NCBI RefSeq assembly: GCF_022539665.2
Contig: NC_081333.1
Location: 1,798,001-1,862,000, forward strand
Source: Daphnia carinata
Taxonomy: Eukaryota
Direction: 5' to 3'
DNA: 64,000 nt
Below, one piece after another: positions 1 to 13,080 of this stretch. The position numbers and the translations under genes are program-made. Under the pieces are notes generated by a model. It was not told where the DNA came from and made no database searches. It saw only the letters and a program-made list of their open reading frames with translations. Every line of letters starts with the position of its first letter. The first letter of the stretch is position 1.

Positions 1-842
1 CAGAAAGTAATACCAATTGCCATGATGAGCCTGTTTGAAAAATTGTGAATAAATTCATGTTGATGTTCACTTTAATGCGTTACAACTCTCGTACTTGCGA
101 GAGAACCTGTCACCCAGGTAACCAACGATGGGTGAGAAGAGCATGTAGGAAACCACGAAAGCAGTTGAGAGCAAACCGCCTTGCGCGTCACTGATATCGA
201 AAAAACATTGAATCTCCGGCAAAATTCCTACAAGAAAAGAATAACAATGCCACTTTAACAGGTACTGTTTATAGTAAATCCATTTGCGCTGGTTAAATAT
301 CGTAATATAGTGTCCCATCGCGTTCGTTGCAACCTTGCGTTCACGATAAAATGGGTGTCGTATAATGTAAACAAACACAGCGTACCTGCGATAGTGAAGC
401 GATCCATGTACTTTAACAGATTAACAAAACACAGGATAATGACGGTCATGTACTGGCGTTTAGTCATTTGTTTAACCTCTTCAATGGATGTCGCGGACGA
501 AGTCATTGACGCCGATGATGCATGGCTGTCAGTTAACTTCTCTTCTTTGCCAATTGATATCGAATCTTCCTTAATTGACAATGAAGACGATTTTTCTTCA
601 TCTACCTGAATGGATGGTTTGATGTCAGCATCGCTTTCTGCTGTCGGCACGTGTGTGCTTTCTTCAACACCGATTGAATTTGATCTTTTCGACGATAGAG
701 ACTTGTTATCAGCATTGTCGTGTTTGTGATCGAGTTGCTGTTCTGGTTTCTCGTCTATTTTGGCCTCCGGTCTCTCATCCTCGGTGTGAATCTGCTCGAC
801 AACCGACTGATGACTTCCGGTTTCTTTGACGTCCGTATCCAT
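1..842 (-). CDS. spin: Spinster-family MFS transporter, copy A (5' part; continues past left edge)
   Basis: ATG at 840-842 (MDTDVKETG), long acidic/Ser-rich N-terminus, then [67 protein letters not shown], which matches SPNS TM1/TM2 and MFS motif A. Confidence 0.9.
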
Positions 843-1200
843 TAGCAATCCGCAATGTCCTCTTCTCCAGGGATAAAAAACTAAACAAAAAGGCGGCTGT
901 TGAATTCCCAGATGATGGGAACCAACTAAATCCAAGGTGTTGGACACTTTTATTTATATCTATCCATTTTATTTTTTGTGTGGTGAGACTTGAAAGGTTT
1001 AGATTACGTCTTATCTGTACCCTGTTGTGATATGCTATAAAAACATAACCTTAAAAGCAGACACACATGGATATGCTGATACAAATCCATTTAATCAAGC
1101 CATTGTTTTTTGTAAAGCCCAAATCCATACACCTGAATTAATACATACAACCTGTTCCTTTTAAGAATTTTCCATCTTGTATGCAAGTACATCTCGCTTA

Positions 1201-4200
1201 TCAGTATCTTCTGGGAATGCTATCGACAAATTCAGGCCCTGCGGGTTTAGCTGTCGTAGATGTCGTTTGCTGTTCAATCATTTCTAGTCGTTTCCTTTCG
1301 TTATGTTCTGTATGATTAAAATTGAAATGTTTAAGTTGGATTTTTCACGTAATTTTACGTGGATGAATCGACAACATTTGAGCTCCCCTTAAACATTTTC
1401 ACGAACATTTTATTGTCGTCCAAGCAAAACGTTCGTTTATTGCGTCAGTCGATTCAACCACTGCTAAACGTTGTCTAACAAACATAAAGGACCTAGAGCT
1501 TATCGTTTACCTGTCACTGCCTTGTCGACTAAGGCTTTATCCTGTACGATATACCTGAAATAGAATAGGAAACGTTTAACTTGCACGATTCGCTTCGTTG
1601 GTAAAAGGTAAATAATACCATGCGCTGGCAAAGAAGAAAACTGCGCTAAGTTCTGCGATGATAGTCCCAATAAAAAATGCATACTGCAAGGACAGATAGT
1701 CTATGTCAACCGTTTCGGGATCGATGAACGAGGAACCGGAGCAGTTATTGCTAGCGGAGGATTCGTCCAACATCACCGCTCCGCCGTAGAAATCGTACGG
1801 CATAATCTTTGACTCTTCAGCAGCTGTAAGTGATGCTTTAAAGCTGTCAGATACCTGTAGAACGATTTTATTTTATTATTTCCATTTAATTTTATATTCT
1901 CTCTGAAGAACGTTGTTCTGTATCTATCCATATGATTACATACCAGGCCGGTAATGTACGGAGATCCAGCATCACCCAAAGCATGAGAAATGAGGATAAA
2001 GAATCCTTCAGCTGTGGCACGTCTTGTTGGGATAACGACATACTTTAAATCAAAAATGAATTAATCGAAACCTAATCGCACAATTCGTAATTGATTAAAG
2101 CATACCAAAAGGATGTCACCGACTGGAGCCCTAAGTTGCAAGCATAGGAAATCATTACATATAGAAGGCGGAGAAGGTGAAATGACTTATTTGATGAAAT
2201 GAGCATCTACCAGTTGACGTTGAGGAGCCATTGGGCAAAGAAAAGGATTATGTATGTTGGTATAGGAGGACCGGCAGCAACGTAACAACCCCAATAGAAC
2301 AACGGGGCAGCTATCACCATGCTCCAAGCACAAACTTGAGGATCAGCCGTTGGATAACGTTTCCTTAGCTTTTGGCCGAGCAGCGATCCTGTGGCGACCC
2401 CCATTATTCCAGCTAGCGCTGCCTCAGCGCCAACGATTGCAGACACTCTTTAATGAAATACTCGTAGGCAACTAATGGCATTAAAAAAAACATTATTCCT
2501 GTACTTGGCATATGAAACATCTTCGCCTTTCGTTGTTGCTTGTCCTAGCGCAATGAATTTTGGTCCCCACCAGGCCATTGCTCCGGCGACGAATGATGTT
2601 AGAGTCCCACCAGCTGTTGCAAATATGTAGGTTTTGCTAGTGTGGGGAAACATTGTAAAGTTCGATTATTTTTTTTAATTTTTCATGCTCAAATATGTCA
2701 AGGCTTACTTCTTCGCCAGGTATTTGAGGTCGTCCCAATATGAAGTAGCCGATAACCTGGATCCCTCGGCCTCTCCTCTGGGTGGCTCTTGCACAACAAA
2801 AACGATGAGCAGAACTGCGACGAAGCCCAAAAGAGGTGTGACTCGAAGACCCCATTGCCACGAACCAAAAGCACTAGCCATCGATGCACCAACGATAAAT
2901 CCTAGACCACTTTAATTATTCGAGATGTTTGCAGTAGCATTACAATCACATGCTTTAATGAAATTAACTCAGTCTACTGGATCTACCTTCCAACAGGAAC
3001 TGCGATGTAGTAAAGGATAAGGAACTTAGATCGGATATCGCCCTTGCACACATCGGAAATGATAGTCGGTGACACGGTGGAGAACATCGATTCACCGATG
3101 CCTACCAAAATTCTCGACGTTAAGAGGAGGCCGTAAGTTTCGGAAAACGAGCCAGCCAAATTTGATAACCCCCAAAAAGTGATACCGACTCCCATGATGA
3201 TCCTGTTTAATATAGAGGTTAATAAAAGTAATCAATAGAAGGTGAACAAAAGGATCGAAACCTGCGGGAGAATCTGTCACCCAGGTAGCCGAATATGGGT
3301 GAACAAATCATGTAGGACGCAATGAAAGCAGTTGAAAGTAAGCCACCTTGAGCATCGCTGATGCCGAAAGCGCATTGGACCTCCGGTAAAATACCTGAAT
3401 ATTAACCCAAGAAATTGTGCCTTAAAATCAGTGGATTAGTATTCTATGTGTATTGAAAAAAAGATGTAAATATTGTTTTTACACCCTGTAATGGACATTC
3501 AACAGTTGTTTAAAACCCTGTAGACAACCCGGTTTCTTTCACTTTATAGAATTTCGCAATAGAGATACTGTCTAGATCCTAGCTTGATTGATATTTTCAA
3601 CATCGAAACAGATTTTTACAATATTTCTGTTAATAGACGACATTGGTGATGAAAAGCGAAATCACTTTGATTGCGTTTTATTCAGAAACTACACAGCTAA
3701 TTAGAAAACTAATGCTATATTTGGAATCGGCGTTCATTTCTGACTATTTCTGGTGAGTTTCATCTAATTATAAGAGATGTCATTTTTTTCGGATTTCTAC
3801 AAAAGTGGGAAGGCTATAGCCTTCTCACTTTTTCATTTTTGGCAAAAATCTAACTACAGCTAAAAATACATGAATCTTACTCGAAATTTAACACAGATAA
3901 CGAAAATCGGCTTTATTTTTGCATGAGACTAATAGTTTTTGCGTTATTTGTGTCTAAAATAGTTAGTCTAATACCACTTTGATTGCTTTTTATTCAAACA
4001 CTTCATAACTAAGACAAAAAAATATATATTTTATTCGGAACCAGCATTCAAATGTTGTTGGAACACACTGGGTTTCATCGTATTCCAAATCAATTTATAA
4101 GCCTAATTTTTTTTCGGGCGTATAAAATAAGCCTGACAAAATAAGCCCGACCAAATTAGCCCGACTTTTCCGTGAACCTTCTTTTTTATTAGAAACTTCA

Positions 4201-6204
4201 ATGTAACTTTAAAAGTAAAAGATTTATATTCAAAATTAACCGAGGAGCACGCATATTGACCTTGAAATTGCTTTTTTGTTAAGGTATAAAGTTTTAAAGG
4301 TAGACGATCAGTATTCCGGCTGTACTGAAAAAAAAATGTAAATATTGTTTTGCAGCCTTTAATGGGAATCCAACAATTTATTTTTTAATCATGTAGACAA
4401 TCCAGTTTCCTTCACTTTTATTCAATTTCCCGATAGGGATTTAGTCTAGATTCTACTTTGATTGATTTTTCCAGCCCAGAAACCGATTTTAATTTTAATT
4501 TTGCTAATAGATGGCGCTGGCGACGAAAAACAAACCGAAATCACTTTAATTGCGTTTTATTTAGAAACTTCACGACGAAGGGGAAAACTAATACTATATT
4601 CGGAATCAGCGTTTGATTCTGATTGTTTCTGGTGAGTTTCATCAAATTCCTTGAGATTTCATCTTTTTGCGAATTTCGACAAAAGTGAGAAGGCTATAGC
4701 CTTCCCATTTTTCTCGAAATCCGAAAAAAATGAAATCTCTTAGAATCTACTGAAACTCATCAAAAGCAGTCAGAAATGAACGCAGGTTCCAAATATAGTA
4801 TTAGTTTTCTGCTTAATTGTATAGTTTTTGAATAAAATGCAATCAAAGTAATTTTAGTTTGTTTTTCGTTGCCAACGCCATCTGTTAGCAGAAATATTAT
4901 TCAAATATTACAAATTCGATGCAACTCGCCTACGATAAGCACAATTGTACTCTGATTACGCATATAATATTATTTTACTCCTATGTCATGTCTAGATCCT
5001 AGTATAATTGATATTTCCAGCATCGAACCGACTTTAACTATATTGTAGCTAATAGATGGCGCTGGCGACGAAAAACAAACAAATATCACTTAAATTGCGA
5101 TTTATTCAGAAACTGCACAACCTAGAGGAAAACTAATACTATATTCGGAATCAAGGTTTAATTCTGATTGTTTCTAGTGAGTTTCATCAAGTTCCTTGAG
5201 ATTTCATTTTTTTGCGATTTTCTACAAAAGTGAGATAGCCTTCCCATTTTTTCATTTTTAGCAAAAATCTAATTATAGCTAAAAATACATGAATCTTACT
5301 CGAAATTCATCAGAGATCACGAAATCGGCTTCATTTTTGAATGAGACTAATAGTTTTTGCGTTATTCGGGTCCAAAGTAGTTGGTCTGAGACCACTTACT
5401 TTTATTCAGAAACTGCACAACTATAGGAAAAATAAATGTTTTTTTTTTCGGAACCAGCATTAAAATTTTGTCGGAACATCGTAGATTTCATCGCATTCCA
5501 GTTCCAATTTTTTTTTCTACAAATCCCGGTGTAGCTTTAAAAACAGACGATTTATACTAGAAATTAAACGAGGATCACGAGTATTGATTATGTTTTCAGG
5601 CAGGATCGTAAGCAGTCGTAATCAAGGAGAATGGCAACACCTTTGACACATTATCCCGGTAAAGTACCTGAACGTTAACCATCCCAAAGAATTGAACCTT
5701 AAAGTCAGTGCTTAATAAAACAAGAGATAATAATGCTTTTCTATACGATTAGAGGGCCACAATTATGATAATAGTTTAGGAAGTCCTACCTGCAACAGTA
5801 AACCTGTCAATGTACTTCAATAGGTTGACATAGCAAAGGATTATAACGGTTGCGTATTGACGCGAAGACATTTTCTTAACTTCTTCATGTGTTTTCAGCG
5901 AACCAAACATCAATGATGTTCCACCGTCATTACTTGGCATCTGCTTAGCAGAATCCAAGGATGAATCACCTGTACATTGAAAAATGGATCGAATCTATTT
6001 AGCGAAAGTGATCCATCGTTGCTCGATCCTTGGCTGCTTATTTTCACCTGCGACCAAAGATGTTGAGGATGATGAGGACAGCGACTGTTGGCAGCCATCA
6101 GCTTTTTGATGGAAATCAAAGAACGATTTTTGGATTTCTTCCGGCTGCGGTTGATAGCTTTCATTCTCAACAGGAACTTGTTCGTTTACTTTTGTTGAAT
6201 CCAT
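1201..6204 (-). CDS. spin: Spinster-family MFS transporter, copy B (multi-exon; ~2.4 kb repeat-filled intron)
   Basis: Exons: [87 protein letters not shown]. The last exon (stop ~1201) is uncertain. Confidence 0.88.
3449..5590. mobile_element. Intronic array of non-autonomous repeat copies (MITE/foldback-like)
   Basis: Related copies at ~3449-4260, ~4321-4700 and ~4990-5590. The first two share the start TGTA(T/C)TGAAAAAAA..TGTAAATATTGTTTT; the first and third share the end GAGGA(G/T)CACG..TATTGA. An inverted arm lies at ~4700-4895. No transposase ORF is seen. Confidence 0.75.
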
Positions 6205-6637
6205 GACAAATTCATCTGTGGAACTGCGTGAATTGTTGAATCAAGTGTTTCTAGATTCTTAGCTGGTAAAGAAACTAAGCCAGAAATCACGAAAACTGAG
6301 ATTGATATATGCGTCATTAGTTTTTTCGATTTTGGGTGGAGCTTAACCGTTCGTCGTCTATTGTGATATAGAAGGCATACAAAAAGATTTAAATAGAACA
6401 ATTTGTTGACATGCTGATACCATCACAACCTGTCGCGTGCACAAAGAGACCCCCACTTTATGTAACTCATCAATGAACCACCAACTTTATCGAAATTCAG
6501 TAAAATCAGTAAAATTTACAATAACAGAAAACCTTTGGAAATAATTTCGAAGTACTATAAGTTCATTTCTTGGATTCACTGCATAGTTATTATTTATTTA
6601 AGAATTTTGCTTAATGACGGTGAGCAAAATGAAATGG

Positions 6638-9504
6638 TTACAAGTATTCGCTAATAACAATGGCAGGAGGGAGTACTGTTGGTTTCATTGAATCGCTTAC
6701 TGAGTCAGACTGAATGGAATTTGCATTTTTAATTTGATTTACGGCTGCAGCTCGATCGACTTCCGCTTTGTCATCGATGATCGTCCACGAAGTGGCGATG
6801 AACGCAAATGCACCGAGGACCTAAACCAAAACTTGCTTTACTTAACTACAAAAAAAGGGAACTGAATTGACCATTTTTACCTGAATGAATAACGCAATAA
6901 ACAAGGCGTATTGAAGGGCCGTGAAGTCCCGCTCGGCTGTCGTGACATCAATGGGTGACAAGTCACAATCTTGCTCTTCAATTGGAAGCGTTCCATTGCG
7001 TACAAATGAGGAGGGAGACGCAAGGTACTTGGTACTGTAGCCCGAGTCCACAAGGGGTTTAAACGCGTCCGATAACTACACATCGAAATACGACAATGGT
7101 CATAGGGCCATTCCATTTTTCAGGTGATTCAAAGGGAAAGAATAGTATGAACTAACCAATCCAATAATGTATGGGCTCCCAGCATCACCAAGGACGTGAT
7201 TCAACAGAATCTGGATGGCTTTAGCAGATGATCTTCTCGTAGGAACAATAGTGTACTACAAAGGCCATGTTGGAAAATTAAACCATTATTATTAGTAGGT
7301 ATCTAAGCGTTTGGTTGGTTAGGTCACACGTACCATAAGCATGTCTGTGGCAAGGGCCCAATTCAAGTTGAGAAACCACTGGCCGAAGAAGAAGGTAATG
7401 TAAGTGGGAGCTTCAGGACCGCGGGCTAAGATTGTCATGGCGAAAATTAGTGGTACGCTAGCCAGAACTCCAAAACCACAAATTTCCGGGTCGATCGTCT
7501 TCAGATCGTTACAGAAAAACAAAAAGATTTAAGAATTCCGCTAAATAAAAGCAACGGTAAATAACTGAGCTACCGGATATTTGCCGCGTAGTTTCGTTCC
7601 CATTAAAGAGCCGAAAATCACGCCCATTAGGCCAGTCACGACCGTTATGAACCCAAAGACCAATGACACTCTGTATAAATCAAACGGAAAGAGTAAGCTA
7701 AATTAATCACTGTATTTTTAACTATGGTTTTCATACCTGCCGAGGAGATCACTGATGTCTTCCGACTGTTGCTCCTGTTGCGTCACCAGTCCTAACGTGA
7801 TGTACTTAGGTCCCCATGCTCCGAACGCCCCAGCAATGAAAGCCACAGCTGTCTATGCGTCAAAGAGATGTCCAACTTATGTCGTAGAAATCACGCGACA
7901 ATTTTGAATGATTATTACATACCGAGGCGATGCTGATCCAGATGTAACTTCCACTAAAAAACAAACAAAGACAAGTATGTAACAATTAGTTATTTGAATT
8001 TCAAAATATCAATGGTTTATGTCTGTGTTACTGTGTGGCGAAATATTTTAGGTCATTCATCCATGACGTGGTTTTCATCCTACTACCCTCGCTCTGGCCG
8101 CGGGGTGGATCCTGGAGGAACAGCAGGATCAACACAACGGTTATGAACCCGAAAACGGGCGTCACTCGCAAACCCCATCTAAAGAAAACAAATGTCTTTA
8201 TTAGCACAATTAATTTTTACGAGGCCATGGAGTTTAGACTCACCGCCAATCGTCGGCTGCGGTGGCTACTTCAGCAAAAATAATATAGCCCAATCCACTG
8301 CCATGAAAATCATGAAACTTTGTTTAGTACGGAATTTTCAAGTTCGTTTAGTACAACAACAACTGATGCGCGTCAATTGTGACACGTGACGAATACTTAT
8401 AGACTCTATCGCACCATCGCATCGATAACGGATTATTGTCAGTCGATGTTCAGACGTGTTTGAATTGGATTTGACTTTTGTTTACAAAGTGAAACGAAAA
8501 AAATGGCTTTGCAAGTCAACCGTGGGAATTTTGTGGGTTATTTTATCCTGTCGGGCAGATAAAGAATGTTTTTAAAAAATCCCTTTCGTTCTTAAACTAA
8601 ATCCGTAAAAAACAGTAAATATTGGGTAAAGATAACGTGACGAAATGCCCACATTTGAAATCCACGTGCAATCAAAGTGGAATCGGTAAACAGAGAAACA
8701 GACACTGAATGATAATTATACCTTCCTACTGGAATAGCGAAGTAATAGACAGCAAGGTATTTCGAGCGGACGTTACTTGCGTAGAGATCGCTAATAATTG
8801 CCGGGGCCAAAGCTGGGCAGTTTCATGTAGGAAATCAAAATGAAATTATTAATATGCCAAAATAAAAACTATTGCAAGTGAACAACGTACAGCTAAAACA
8901 GGCTTCCCCGACGCCAGTCAATGATCTGACAACGATAAACGACCACAGTTCTGGCATAAAACTAGCCGTCAATGTGGCGCAAGACCAGAAAAAGATTCCA
9001 AGTAACAAAATTAACCTGTACGAATTTAGAAAAACGATATCATTGTTAGCATTCTATACTAATTTGAAAAATGAATAGTGTAAGAAAAAATAAGAGAAAA
9101 TACGAGCCTTCGTGAGTATCGGTCTCCTAGGTAACCAACCACAGGAGAAAAAATGACGTATGGAATGATAAACGCTGTTTGTAAGAGGCCAGCTTGTGAG
9201 TCAGTAGCTCCTAGATCGCACTGGATTGCTGTCAGGATACCTATATGGCATTGGAAAATTGAAAACAAATTTCAGTAAAAAGCATTTAATAAAAAGGATT
9301 TACGTAATCCAGCTTACCGGCGATGCCGAATCGATCCATGTAGTAGGTGAGATTGAAAAAACAAAGAATACAAACGGTAGCTACTTTCAAGCGAGATTGT
9401 TTCTTGCTTTCCACTTGAACGGTTTCATCCTCCGGTAGTTCGAGTTTTTCTTTATTGCCATCGGAAGTTGTTTCCGCCAACTGGTTGTCTGTTCCGGCAT
9501 CCAT
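6638..9504 (-). CDS. spin: Spinster-family MFS transporter, copy C
   Basis: [70 protein letters not shown]; ends IVISEYL* at 6638. Confidence 0.9.
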
Positions 9505-9906
9505 TGCGATCGATCTTTACGGACGTGAAAAAGCCTTTAACCGTCTAGAGATGAGACAAAACAAAACATTCGATTCGGAAACGGTGGTAAACCGATAACC
9601 ACTCACGATTAAACAAAAGCAACAAGATCAGTTTAGTAAACGTTCACAGGTACAAAAGGACAGACGATCAGTTCTCAAATGAAAACCAAAATAAAAAAAA
9701 CGAATCTTGTTTTCTTTTATTCGATTTGAACAATAGTAGACAGCATTACTGGCTCAGAGAGAAAAATAAACGGACCCTAGTTTTTTCCCATAAGATCAGT
9801 TGATAGGATTCCAGGGGCGTGGTTGGAGTTGATAACGTATCGCAAGACGCTATTAAAGTTATTATGTACGTCAGCATGAATTCGAAAAACAGCATAGTAT
9901 TTGAGC

Positions 9907-12027
9907 TTAATTCGAAACACGTGGAAGTGCAATAGCATTGCCATCTGCAACTGCACGTTTGGCTTTGTCTCTGTCGCCGAGAAGATACCACGATCCGACC
10001 AGAAAGAGGGCGGCACTCAACAGTTGAATGAACGGATTTATGAGCAGGGCGTATTGTAGTGATGTATACTTGCGGTAGTCCACTGAATCAGACTCGATGA
10101 GCGGTTCAAACGCATCCGAGATCTGACGTAAGAAAAACATGATCAGCTACATGACTCCATGAGATCAGTGTACGCGTACATACCAGACCGATGATGAACG
10201 GACTGCTGGCATCGCCAAAGACGTGAACTGACATGATCTGGAACGTCTCAGCGGTCGCTCGCCTGGTAGGCACGACCACGTACTATAAGCGATATTAAGC
10301 AAATCAAATTTTGAGTCACAATTTCAAGCGAATTATGGAGCTATTTTGATGAGTACCAATAGAATATCTCCGACCAAGGCCCAATTCAAATTGATGAACC
10401 ACAGGGCGATAAATGAGAGAATATAAATCAAATAGAGGGGTCCGAGACCGGCCACTAGGAAGCCGTAGAAAAAGGGGACAGAAAGTAACATCCCGATACC
10501 GCAGATGAGAGCGTCTGTGATCAACAAATTGAATGAAGTTTGAGTGGGAGCGACGTATGGCACAAGGAAAGATAGATGAGTATAATGAAAATACTAACCA
10601 GCTTCAGGATAACGAGCACGAAGTTTGATGCCCATTAAAGCACCAGATACTACAGCTGTGATTCCAGAAACGATGCTAATAACTCCATACACCAAAGATA
10701 TCCTGTGTCACATGTATAATACATGGATTTAGAACGGACAAGAGTGAAAATGGCGTTTGTCAATGGACTTACTCTTCAAACGTGTGCTCATCATCTAAAA
10801 TGACTTTGCGACTAAGCACGACGAATTGCGGACCCCATACACCAATAGCCCCAATGACAAATACTAAGGCGACCGATGCAGTCGTCGAAAACATGAAGCT
10901 CCGGCTAAAGAAAATGAAAAATTTTAATTTGTTTTCCTCTCAATTTCGATTAAGAAGTTTACTTGTGTAAGAGATAGATTATGTCTTTTTTCCACGAAGT
11001 GCTGACAAGACGAGAACCTTCACTCTCGCCTCTTGCTGGTTCTTTCAAGAAGATAACAATAAGGATTACGGAGATGAGGGATAGAATTGGTGTGACACGA
11101 AGTCCCCAATTCCATGAGCCTGTTGCTGCTGCTACGCCCGATCCAGTAATATAACCTAACCCTCTACGAATGAAAAGAAACAACATAATAAGTGATTTGA
11201 TCCATTACACAATTAAACGTGGTTTTTGTTACCCGCCAACAAGCATCATGAAGTAAAACATGGCCAGCATGTTAGAACGGGTATCACCGACGAACATGTC
11301 AGCAATCATTGCCGGACCGATAGCCGAATATGTTGCCTCTCCAATTCCTTAAGAAAAAAAATTTAATTAAATCGTGCAATTCATATCCGTAGTATTTAGT
11401 GATGTTACCTCCTAGGCAACGCAACGCCAATAGAGAGGAATAGGTGGTCATGTAGGAACCAGCCAATGACACCAAGCTCCAAACCGAGAGTCCTACAATC
11501 AGGATAATCCTTTTTACACGAAACAGGGATATATAAAATAATCAAGGTGAAATCGGAATTATAATAAAGATTAAATAATAGCGTACTTTCTTGAAAAACG
11601 ATCGCCAAGGTAGCCGACAAGCGGAGCCACCACGACGTAGCTGACGATAAAAGATGATTGGAGTAAACCGCCTTGCAAGTTGCTCAATTCCAATTCGTCA
11701 ATAATGACGGGTAAGATTCCTTGTCAACGATTCAAGTTCACGTATTTACACAAACATTTTGGGTTAGTAATGGAATCAAAATAACATACCGGGTAAAGAA
11801 TATCGTTCCATAAAATTCAAAAGTTGGAGCAGGCAGATGAGGAGCGTGTTGATCATATTCGTTCGATTGATTTGATTTCCTTCTGCTTCGGCCTTAGCAT
11901 CTTGTTTAAGTGCTCCTAGATCCATTGCCGATGAAGAACTCTCAGAACTTGGGGGACTCTTTTCACCGACAGCGTCCTCCGCTTTCTCTACGCTGTCATT
12001 AGATTGTGATTGATCAGTTTCTGCCAT
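9907..12027 (-). CDS. spin: Spinster-family MFS transporter, copy D
   Basis: [78 protein letters not shown]. Confidence 0.9.
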
Positions 12028-13080
12028 GGTGTTGAACTCTGGAAAAAAACAAAACAAGAAGATCACAAAAACAAACAGCACAGCAAGACAGCGTAGAGAG
12101 CGACGGCCTAGACGGAGTAGCCTAGTCGCTGATTGTCCACAAACAAAAATGGGATGTCCTCGGAGACCTGAAACCGCTTGTGTGATAGCCATAGATATCG
12201 ACCTTTTTACAAATTAAAGCCACCCGTCAATCAAGCAGCCAATGCCACATTTTGTTTGTTTCCTTGTCGTCATAGATTAAACGAAAAGAATATTTTCGTC
12301 TGGTACACTTTGAGATAATGGACCAGCGCAAACTTTAGTTGATTTTTTTTGGATAACGAAAGGCTTTAAAATGAATGGTTGCAATTTTTCGGTCATTCAT
12401 CGGCACTAGGGAATCCTATACTACACACACAAAAAAATCATCCATCAAGGTTCTTGCATAACCTAATAGAAGCCTGCGAAAAAGAAAAAAAAATGAAATA
12501 AAACTGTATTCTAAAAAGTTGAGCATATTGGCCACTTGGAAAACCGTCAGTTTGGACCTATAAAATTGAATGACACAACAAAAAATAAAAAAACAAAGGT
12601 AATCAAATTTTAGAAAGTAAAAAATAGAAACAGAGGACGGAGTATTCCGTAAATTTAAACGGTTTCCAAGTTGACTTCATCCATTATCTGGGAAGATCTC
12701 TTGATCATCACGGTGTGTCCGGAAGCGGCAGGATCATTGGCAGGAACGAAAACGTGGACTTGGCTGGCTTTACTCTTGTGGTCATCTGCATTGATTGTTG
12801 ATCGATTCAAAATTAACCAGTGTATGTTAAATAAGACGAAAGGAAAATTTAAATATAAGTTTGCATCGTATTGGAGTCACCGGATACGGAAATAGTATTA
12901 TTCTACCATGCAATTGGCTAGGAAAGAATAGACCTCTTCCTTGAAGAGTAGTTAGTCCATGCAAGGCTATTGGATAGTAGTAAGAATGTTGAATATTAAT
13001 TAAGACATTTTCAAGGCAAGTTCGACGATTTAAATAGAAAATTTAAAAGCGTATAGGGATAACGATAATACTGATATGGA

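Noticed and set aside
4115..4170. Short direct repeats (AAATAAGCC(T/C)GAC) as a CRISPR-like array
   Set aside because: Three ~14-bp tandem units with no spacers, in a eukaryotic context with no cas genes.
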